This document shows positions 56,390 through 64,000 of a stretch of DNA of 64,000 nt, in pieces. Position 1 is the first letter of the stretch, and each line of letters begins with the position of its first letter. Source of the DNA: a virus. Under the pieces are notes generated by a model. The model saw only the letters and a program-made list of their open reading frames with translations. It did not search any database and had not been told where the DNA came from. The stretch lies in the IMG/VR virus record IMGVR_UViG_3300013114_000098; one strand, 5' to 3'. Both the position numbers and the translations under genes were made by a program.

Positions 56390-58294
56390 ATGGCATTCGA
56401 AGATACAACAGGAACATCAACAGTTAAAGAAATTAGAGAAATAAGAAATCTAACTACTTTAAAAAACACTGTTTCTCCTAATTGGTTAAGTTTAGTTGAT
56501 AGTCCAACATATCTTTGGACATTATATCTTGTAAGCAATGAAATCTGGAATGATCCTAACTTAATAGGAAATGATGATGCGGCCTTAAACAACAAACAAG
56601 CATTTATTGTTGCTAAACAAGGAGTAGACGCTGAATTTAGTTTAGACAATTTTATGTCGTTAGCAACAATCACACCAGGACAAAAACATGGTAATGCTAC
56701 TCCTGGTATAATACAATTTGATTTATTTGAAACTTTAGGATTTACATTTATGGATAGAATTCTAACTGCTGGTAAAAATCTTGGCAAACCATCTAACTTA
56801 TATTCACAAAACTTTATATTAAAATTAGAATTTAAAGGAAGAGATCCAGTAACTAGTGCAAGTGTTCCATTTCCTGGTGTATACTTATATCCAGTTAAGT
56901 TTAATCAAATAAGGAGTACTACAGGACCAGAAGGAACACGATATAATATTATTGCATGGTCTTCTCTTAAACACGCACAGACAGAAGGGGTATTAGATTC
57001 TGATGTTACTATAGAAAACATTAGAACAGTAGAAGATTTTGTTAAAGGATTTGAAAAAGAATATAATGATGGACAGTTAAGTCTTATGAGTCCAATGGAC
57101 CAAAGAAATGGAATGCCAGCACCTAAACAAATAGAAATAAATTTTGATAAAAAAACTTCATATGCAAAACCAGGTACAGAAAGAAAAATTAAAGGAAATC
57201 CGTTATCTTGGTTTCATTTGCCATCAAAACCTTTTTCAGGCACAACAGACCAAGCAACCAGTTCTAGAACTGGACAAGGTTTACACAATGATTATAAAGA
57301 CACAAATACAGTTACAGTTGAAAGAGAAACTAACATCGGTATGTGGCTTCAAAAAACAATATCTAATAATTGTACTGCTTGGAGCGAATGGGTAATTGAA
57401 GCAAACAAGTTTGGATTAACGCCTCATATAGTAGTTGAAAGTGAAGTAAAATATCCACCAGGTACAAAAAAAGAAAACTATGGTAACGTGGAACCAACAT
57501 TAATTGTATATACTATTAAAATAGGATATGGTGATACAACATACGACGCTAGTATAGCTGAAGGAAATAAAAAATTAAATGATACAAAACACCAAGTAGA
57601 TAGATTTAAAACATTACCTATTGAAAAAAGTTACACATATTTGTATACAGGTTTAAACACAGAAGTAATAAATTATCAATTAGATGTACAAAATTTATTC
57701 TTTGTATTAGATCAACCAGGGGCGGCTACATTTGTAGCAGGTAAAACTTCAGAAGGTAAACAGCAATTTACGCCAACTCAAATAACAGATTCTATATATC
57801 TATCAGATATAAAACAATCATCTGTTGAATTGGGATATTTTAATCCAGTAGTAGGTGGTGTTGCAAAAACAGATTCAGCTGAAAAGGCGCAAGTAAATGA
57901 ATATAATTTAAATGAAAACTCAGCACTAGCACGTAGATTACAAGACATGGCTAAGAGAGAATATGATGCATTAAATGTTTCTATAGAAATTAAAGGTGAT
58001 CCACATTGGATGGGCAACATGCAGGCAGTAATAAAAGGAAAGTTAGAGAAACCAGACTATGCTAAACAAGATGCACTTATAACGTTCTTACAGTTTAACC
58101 CTAATGCTGATAAGTTATTAACTGAACAAGTTAAAGGTGAAATTGATCCAATTAGTACAGGAATATATAAATTAACTACAGTAGAAAGTAGATTTCAAGG
58201 TGGACGATTCACCCAAACATTAAACGGATACAAAGATGTTAATTCAAATACGTCTTTATTGTTACCGAGCATAATAGAACTATCAGGAGTATAA
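56390..58294 (+). CDS. Baseplate hub protein (gp27-like)
   Basis: IKGDPHW, GIYK...VESRFQGGRFTQTL; precedes the gp5-like gene. Confidence 0.65.
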   Translation: MAFEDTTGTSTVKEIREIRNLTTLKNTVSPNWLSLVDSPTYLWTLYLVSNEIWNDPNLIGNDDAALNNKQAFIVAKQGVDAEFSLDNFMSLATITPGQKHGNATPGIIQFDLFETLGFTFMDRILTAGKNLGKPSNLYSQNFILKLEFKGRDPVTSASVPFPGVYLYPVKFNQIRSTTGPEGTRYNIIAWSSLKHAQTEGVLDSDVTIENIRTVEDFVKGFEKEYNDGQLSLMSPMDQRNGMPAPKQIEINFDKKTSYAKPGTERKIKGNPLSWFHLPSKPFSGTTDQATSSRTGQGLHNDYKDTNTVTVERETNIGMWLQKTISNNCTAWSEWVIEANKFGLTPHIVVESEVKYPPGTKKENYGNVEPTLIVYTIKIGYGDTTYDASIAEGNKKLNDTKHQVDRFKTLPIEKSYTYLYTGLNTEVINYQLDVQNLFFVLDQPGAATFVAGKTSEGKQQFTPTQITDSIYLSDIKQSSVELGYFNPVVGGVAKTDSAEKAQVNEYNLNENSALARRLQDMAKREYDALNVSIEIKGDPHWMGNMQAVIKGKLEKPDYAKQDALITFLQFNPNADKLLTEQVKGEIDPISTGIYKLTTVESRFQGGRFTQTLNGYKDVNSNTSLLLPSIIELSGV

Positions 58295-58295
58295 T

Positions 58296-59501
58296 ATGGC
58301 AGGATTAATAAAACACGACGGTGTACATGTTTCAAACAGAGGCAAACAAAGTAGTGAAATAGGTATCAACAACCTTAGTGGAATATATGTTGGTGAAGTT
58401 ATTAATAATACTGATAGTTTATATACAGGCAGAATAACTGTACGCATATCAGAGTTTGGTGCAAAAACTTCTGAGAGGATTTGTTTATTAGTTACACCAT
58501 ATGGTGGGCATACAAAAATTCAAGATAGCGGTAAAGATGTAAAAAAAGAAGCACAGGCACCAGTAAGTTATGGTCTATGGCCACAGCCACCAGAAATAGG
58601 AACAAATGTTGTTATAGCATATACTGGTAGCATGGAGCAAGGTATTGTAATTGGTTCTCTAATAGCCAAAGACAGAAATGCAATGATGGGTGGTAAAGCA
58701 AGTGGACAAGTTTATGCTAATGATCAAACAAGTTTAGGAACTGCCGTAGAGAAAAATCCACACGATATAAATGATGCCGACACCAAACCACTAGATGAAT
58801 ACTTTCAAGCGATATTAAATCAACAAGGACTAAGTCTTGACTATGTTAGAGGACACAGCCAAAGTAGTGCAAGAAGAGAATCACCTAGTAAAGTTTTTGG
58901 AATTACAACACGACAAGGGCATGTTCTTACAATGGACGATGGTGATGCTAATGGTACCAGTAACAATATTAGATTGAGAACCAAAGGTGGTGCTCAAATA
59001 TTAATGGACGATAGTAATGGTTTTATTTTTATTACAAACCAACAAGGCAGTGCTTGGGTTGAAATGGATATTGCAGGACACATAGATGTTTACAGTCAGT
59101 CAGGTATAAACATGCACACAGAAGGTGATTACAATGTACATGCTAAAGGCAGTATTAATATGCAGGCTGAAATTGGAGTCAATATAAAAAGCTCAGGCGG
59201 TGAAGGAATAAAATTAGAAACAAGTGTAGCTGGTGTTGATGTATATAGTGCGTTAGATATAAATTTACAAGCAGATGCTAATTATAATTTACTAGTAGCA
59301 GGAAACATAATTTCTAAAGGTACTAGAATAGATATGAACGGCCCTGAACCAGGTACTGCAACAAAACCTACAGTACAAAATCAAATATCAAACACTAGTG
59401 TAAAGACTAGTATAGCAAGTAGAGTACCCGAACATCATCCGTGGCAAGGAGTTAGTGGAGTAGAAGAAACATTTACAGCAGGAAAAGGGAACACATCATA
59501 A
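58296..59501 (+). CDS. gp5: Central spike (gp5/VgrG-like OB-fold plus beta-helix)
   Basis: GRITVRI, SYGLW..PPEIG, GH.L.MDD, IRLRT, C-terminal P.HHPW. Confidence 0.8.
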   Translation: MAGLIKHDGVHVSNRGKQSSEIGINNLSGIYVGEVINNTDSLYTGRITVRISEFGAKTSERICLLVTPYGGHTKIQDSGKDVKKEAQAPVSYGLWPQPPEIGTNVVIAYTGSMEQGIVIGSLIAKDRNAMMGGKASGQVYANDQTSLGTAVEKNPHDINDADTKPLDEYFQAILNQQGLSLDYVRGHSQSSARRESPSKVFGITTRQGHVLTMDDGDANGTSNNIRLRTKGGAQILMDDSNGFIFITNQQGSAWVEMDIAGHIDVYSQSGINMHTEGDYNVHAKGSINMQAEIGVNIKSSGGEGIKLETSVAGVDVYSALDINLQADANYNLLVAGNIISKGTRIDMNGPEPGTATKPTVQNQISNTSVKTSIASRVPEHHPWQGVSGVEETFTAGKGNTS

Positions 59502-60208
59502 TGCCAAGTTTTAGTTTACAATCAACTGTTGATAGTAAAAATCTAATAGATTATGGATTGTTTACCGTAATTGACAGTACAGCGGTTAAAACATTAATAA
59601 ACTTGTCTGAACACGAAGCAAGTGATAAATTAATTAATTTTAAAATTAGAAGTACTAGATGGTTAGGCTATGCAAAGAATTCAGTTATTGGATATAAAGG
59701 AACAGTAGGTTTAACTAGTAAAGGATTAACTGAAGCAGAATCTTATACAAACTGGTTAGAAGAATTTAAAGACAAAGAAAGAAGTTTTAAAAAACAACTT
59801 CCATTAACTACATTATCACAATCACAATATGATGCAATGTTAAGTTTATATGTAGATACAGGATCATTTACTCATGTTGGTACTAAAAACAGACAATTTG
59901 AAATATTAGAATTTATTTCTAATAGACAATGGGAACATGTGGCCACTGCATTAACACTTAGTGGTGCCGATAGGCTTACTAGGCAAGTAGAAGCAAAAAT
60001 ATTAATATTAGGTGACTATGGAACATATAAAAATAGATCTTATATTAAAGAAGAAGGTATACGAACTCTTATAAAAGATTATAGTACTAATCAATTAAAT
60101 GATGAACAAACGAAACAAGCAGAGTATGTTTATTACGCAGAAACAAAAAGATTCTTACCTAATATGACTGAAAGTAGAAAGAGACTTCTAGCAAACGAAC
60201 TCAGTTAA
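59501..60208 (+). CDS. Degenerate GH24 lysozyme-like protein
   Basis: IGY, LT..E, LSQSQYDAMLSL, R..EA; catalytic E/D/T not evident. Confidence 0.55.
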   Translation: MPSFSLQSTVDSKNLIDYGLFTVIDSTAVKTLINLSEHEASDKLINFKIRSTRWLGYAKNSVIGYKGTVGLTSKGLTEAESYTNWLEEFKDKERSFKKQLPLTTLSQSQYDAMLSLYVDTGSFTHVGTKNRQFEILEFISNRQWEHVATALTLSGADRLTRQVEAKILILGDYGTYKNRSYIKEEGIRTLIKDYSTNQLNDEQTKQAEYVYYAETKRFLPNMTESRKRLLANELS

Positions 60209-60249
60209 TTCATAATAATCCAATCATAAACTACATAGTTAATCTTTTG

Positions 60250-60258
60250 CATAAATAG
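60250..60258 (+). promoter_or_regulatory. Late promoter, likely leaderless
   Basis: CATAAATA, then 5 nt, then ATG. Confidence 0.7.
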
Positions 60259-60262
60259 TTGT

Positions 60263-60646
60263 ATGAGCAATATATTTGGATATACAACATTAGACCAACC
60301 TTACACAAGTAAGAGTCTGAGTGGCTTAGAATTAGCCAAACAGGATCTGTTAAATCATTTTAAAATCCGTAAAGGTGAGAAATGGTCAGACCCTACGTTT
60401 GGGTGCGACTTAGAATTATATGTATTTCAACCGTTAGATCAAGAAACACAAGATAGCATCAACGAAGAGGTTTATAACGTAATAAGTTATGATCCTAGGT
60501 TTGAAATATCTGATTCAACTATAAATGTTGTACATGATGCCCATTCGGTAACAGTTAATGTAAAATTAACTTACTTACCAACAACAACTGCGACCGAGTT
60601 GCAGATTAAATTCGATAAAGAATTCACAGAAAACGAAGAGTTTTAA
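60263..60646 (+). CDS. gp25: Baseplate wedge / sheath initiator
   Basis: DLLNHF.IRKGEK..DPTFGC...FQPL...DPR. Confidence 0.9.
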   Translation: MSNIFGYTTLDQPYTSKSLSGLELAKQDLLNHFKIRKGEKWSDPTFGCDLELYVFQPLDQETQDSINEEVYNVISYDPRFEISDSTINVVHDAHSVTVNVKLTYLPTTTATELQIKFDKEFTENEEF

Positions 60647-60648
60647 TT

Positions 60649-63600
60649 ATGGCACAGAAATCAAGACAAAATAAACTTTTTGCGGCAGAGGACTTTACAG
60701 TAATTTATGAATCATACATTAATGCAAACTTTCAAGCATTTGATTATGATACTATTAGAACTGCAATGGTTGACTATGTACGCAATAATTATCCAGAAAA
60801 CTACAATGACTGGATAGAATCAGCTGAATTTGTTTCACTACTCGATGTAGTCGCACAATTTGGGCACAACTTAGCATATAGAGTAGATATGAATGCTAGG
60901 AATAATTTTTTAAGTACATCAGAACGACAAGAATCAGTTTACAAATTAGCAGAATTTTTAGGTTATCAGCCAAGACGTAATGTGCCAGCGTATGGCGAGC
61001 TAAAAGTAGTAAGTGTTAAAACAAACGAAAATATTATTGGAAGCGATGGAACAAGTTTAGGTGGAACTGATATTAAATATGAAGTTTCAAACAATGTAAG
61101 TAACTTAGATGATTTTATTACTATAATGAATTCAGTTTTACAAAATAGTAATCATTATGGTAGTCCAAAAAAATCAGTAGTAATTAATAACATAACAACA
61201 GAATTTTATGATCTTAATAACAATCCTAATCAATTTAAATTTGATGTTAATGGAGCAGTATTAGGTTCTTCATCTACATTTAATGTTATAAGCAGTGACT
61301 ATGATAATACTACAAAATCATTTGCAGAAAAATCTCCAGACTCTGCAGGAAGTTTTGGAATATATTTTAAAAATGATGGCAAGGGTATAAACAGTGTTAA
61401 TACTGGATTTTTCTTTGGCGTTAAGCAAGGAACATTACAATATGAAGATTTTACTATAGATACCCCAATTGATAGTATGTCATTAGATGTAACTTCTAAA
61501 AATGTAAATGACACAGACGTATGGGTACAGAATATTGATAGCACAGGTGGCATTGTTAAAGAGTGGACAAAAGTAACAGATGTTAATAGTAATGTAATTT
61601 ATAATAATCTAGCAACAGGTGAACGAGATATATTCAGTGTAAAAACAAGAGAAGATAATAAAATATCAATTTTATTCCCTGATAGTACTTTTGGTAATAT
61701 TCCAAAAGATACAATTAGAGTTTGGTATAGAACAAGTGCTAATAGTACATATGTTTTAAGACCAGATGATTTAACAAGCAAAAAAATACAAATAAACTAT
61801 ACTGGGTTTGATGGTAACACATATGTAGCGGCATTTACTATGCAACTTAAACAATCAGTATCAACAGCAAGTTCAAATGAAACTATAGATGAAATAAGAG
61901 AAAACGCACCAAAGAACTATGCTAGTCAAGACAGAATGATTACCGCACAAGACTATAATACTATGTTAGGAAATTCTAATGGAGGTATTGTAAAAATTAA
62001 AAGTGTTAATAGAACATTCAGTGGGCATAGCAGATATTCAAAATTTATCGATCCTACAGGAACATACAGTAATTTATATTTAACAGGAAACGATGCAGAA
62101 ATAAGATCAGCTGACAACTTAGAAGAATCTGCAACAGCATCAACTGAAAATGCAAAGTTAATATATGAGAAATATGTAAAAGATATTTTAAATAATGATG
62201 AGTTTGTAAATTTATATTATACAAGATTTAGAAAACATTTTGTAGCATTGGCAGTTACAGCTGGTCACTTTGATGGCACAATTGATTCGGGTACTGGATT
62301 TTCTGCAGACACTACGGAAACTGTAGAAGCATCATCTACATATACATGGAACACAGATAGTACTACTGCAAGTAACATTTTAAATGGCTATTTTACAGAT
62401 CCAGCAAATGCTATTAAACGAGTAGGTACTACAGTAACTGATTATACACAATACATTACACCAGGTGCCTTAATTAAATTTAAGCATATTGATACAACAG
62501 TAACTCCTAATGTAACTACAACTAAGTGGGCAAAAGTAGTTGACATAGTTGGGCATGGACTTGGTATAGAAGGTACAGGAAGTAATGCAGGACAACCAAC
62601 TGGTAAAAAATCAGATGGTACGGGTGCTATTGTATTAGATGTTGGAATACCAACTGGTAGCACTATTGAAATTGTATATCCAGGATTATCTAAAAAGTTT
62701 TCTACTAGAGAACAAGAAATAATTACAGATCTGTTAGAAGCAAAAAGATCATTTACTATAAAGTATAGCCCAGCAACTAAAGCATGGGTTGCAGATGTAA
62801 CACCTGCTGTATTTAATGCGACAACTACTTTCCCTACAGACTTTGATACTGCAGATGCAAGTTGGGTTATTTATTTTAATTATGCAGACACATCATATAA
62901 TATTTACTTGAGAACACTAGGAATTAAATTTAAAAGTTCTAAAGTAAACTTAGGAAACATTAGAAATGAATTAGAGATAGGAACATATACTAAAAAAGCA
63001 AAACGAGATATTATTACTATGTTAGGCTCAGATGGCACAAACATAACTAACAAAGGAACTTTCTACGTATATGGTTATAATGTTTATGTTAATTATAGTG
63101 ATTACAGACTAACGTTAATTGATGGCAATGCTGACGCTAGACCAGATAATCCAGATACATTTAGAGATGTAGTAGGCGTAGGAAAAACAACATTACTTGC
63201 TACGGCTGATGTTCCAGTAAACTTTCAATGGGAACATATTGCCGCAGACAATCAAGTAGTAGACCCTAGCTTTACAAACATCATTGATGTATTTGCTTTG
63301 TCAAAAACATATGACACAGAATATAAAAATTACTTAAATGATGTAATCATAACAGAACCTACACCACCTACTAGTTATCAACTAGGAACACAATTTGCTG
63401 GCCTTGATGGCAAAAAAGCAATAAGTGATACTATTGTTTATAAACCTGTTAAGTATAAACCAATGTTTGGAACACATGCAGAATCACATCTTAAAGCAAG
63501 GTTTAGAATAATTAAATTATTTGGTTCGAACATTACTGACAGTGATTTAAAATCAAAAACAGTATCAGCTATAAATGCTTTCTTTGAATCAAGCAATTGG

Positions 63601-63828
63601 GAATTTGGTGAAACATTTTACTTTACAGAACTAGCGGCATATGTACATAAAGAACTCGCTGGTGTATTAAGTAGTTTTGTTATTGTACCACAAGGAGCAG
63701 GTAGTGTATTTGGTGATATGTTTGAATATACACCAAACACAGATGAACTTATTATAGCAGATGTAGATGTAGATGATATTGATATTATTGAAAACATCAC
63801 AGACGCAAACATTAAAGCAGGAAGTTAA
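60649..63828 (+). CDS. gp6: Baseplate wedge protein
   Basis: FDYDTIR, NFLST.ERQESV..LA..LGY.P, FG.IP, ETIDEIR.NAP..Y.SQDRMIT.QDY. Confidence 0.88.
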   Translation: MAQKSRQNKLFAAEDFTVIYESYINANFQAFDYDTIRTAMVDYVRNNYPENYNDWIESAEFVSLLDVVAQFGHNLAYRVDMNARNNFLSTSERQESVYKLAEFLGYQPRRNVPAYGELKVVSVKTNENIIGSDGTSLGGTDIKYEVSNNVSNLDDFITIMNSVLQNSNHYGSPKKSVVINNITTEFYDLNNNPNQFKFDVNGAVLGSSSTFNVISSDYDNTTKSFAEKSPDSAGSFGIYFKNDGKGINSVNTGFFFGVKQGTLQYEDFTIDTPIDSMSLDVTSKNVNDTDVWVQNIDSTGGIVKEWTKVTDVNSNVIYNNLATGERDIFSVKTREDNKISILFPDSTFGNIPKDTIRVWYRTSANSTYVLRPDDLTSKKIQINYTGFDGNTYVAAFTMQLKQSVSTASSNETIDEIRENAPKNYASQDRMITAQDYNTMLGNSNGGIVKIKSVNRTFSGHSRYSKFIDPTGTYSNLYLTGNDAEIRSADNLEESATASTENAKLIYEKYVKDILNNDEFVNLYYTRFRKHFVALAVTAGHFDGTIDSGTGFSADTTETVEASSTYTWNTDSTTASNILNGYFTDPANAIKRVGTTVTDYTQYITPGALIKFKHIDTTVTPNVTTTKWAKVVDIVGHGLGIEGTGSNAGQPTGKKSDGTGAIVLDVGIPTGSTIEIVYPGLSKKFSTREQEIITDLLEAKRSFTIKYSPATKAWVADVTPAVFNATTTFPTDFDTADASWVIYFNYADTSYNIYLRTLGIKFKSSKVNLGNIRNELEIGTYTKKAKRDIITMLGSDGTNITNKGTFYVYGYNVYVNYSDYRLTLIDGNADARPDNPDTFRDVVGVGKTTLLATADVPVNFQWEHIAADNQVVDPSFTNIIDVFALSKTYDTEYKNYLNDVIITEPTPPTSYQLGTQFAGLDGKKAISDTIVYKPVKYKPMFGTHAESHLKARFRIIKLFGSNITDSDLKSKTVSAINAFFESSNWEFGETFYFTELAAYVHKELAGVLSSFVIVPQGAGSVFGDMFEYTPNTDELIIADVDVDDIDIIENITDANIKAGS

Positions 63829-63831
63829 TAA

Positions 63832-64000
63832 ATGGCTAAGAAACGATCAGGACAGCAAACGGTCAATAATGTAAAATCTAGTAACTTCTTACCTACTGTT
63901 TTTCAAACAGAACTTAATAAAAGTTGGTTAGATAGTACACTTGATCAAATGGTTTCTAAAGGACCACTTGAGAATATAGATGGTTACATTGGAAGTAGAA
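63832..64000 (+). CDS. Start of a large baseplate protein (gp7-like), truncated by the window edge
   Basis: MAKKRSGQQ...FLPTVFQTELNKSWLDSTLDQMVSKG...GYIG. Confidence 0.7.
   Translation, partial: MAKKRSGQQTVNNVKSSNFLPTVFQTELNKSWLDSTLDQMVSKGPLENIDGYIGSR

Noticed and set aside
3996-63812. Numerous 60-170 aa antisense or alternate-frame ORFs inside long genes
   Set aside because: They are shadows of codon bias, with no RBS or recognisable motifs
1-64000. Alternative genetic code, CRISPR array, tRNAs, introns or inteins in core genes
   Set aside because: Core genes are full length in the standard code with TAA, TAG and TGA stops. I saw no spaced repeats or cloverleafs, and TerL, portal and MCP are uninterrupted.

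Overview
This window is the core morphogenesis and late-gene region of a large, AT-rich T4-like myophage. The gene order resembles jumbo T4-like phages, and it is probably aquatic. It holds the terminase, head completion nuclease, tail tube, sheath, neck and tail terminator genes, a tail-fibre cluster, and the head genes (portal, core, protease, scaffold, major capsid). It also holds two paralogous tape-measure-like genes, gp26/gp51-like genes, gp46/gp47, a gp55-like late sigma factor and the baseplate operon. More than 20 T4-type late promoters (TAAATA core) and five host sigma70 promoters can be read directly from the sequence. The main observations are these: (1) two non-coding, GC-enriched, structured RNA candidates, each with its own sigma70 promoter; one lies after the major capsid gene, and a larger one starts at the stop codon of a GIY-YIG nuclease gene. 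(2) A Zn-binding ribosomal protein bL31 gene with its own late promoter. (3) A candidate -1 frameshift joining the gp26-like and gp51-like genes. (4) An ORF of >1060 aa, missing from the ORF track, that looks like a protease-processed head polyprotein. (5) Several leaderless mRNAs, an SbmA/BacA transporter and late-expressed modification enzymes. All product calls come from motif recognition and synteny; no database search was run.
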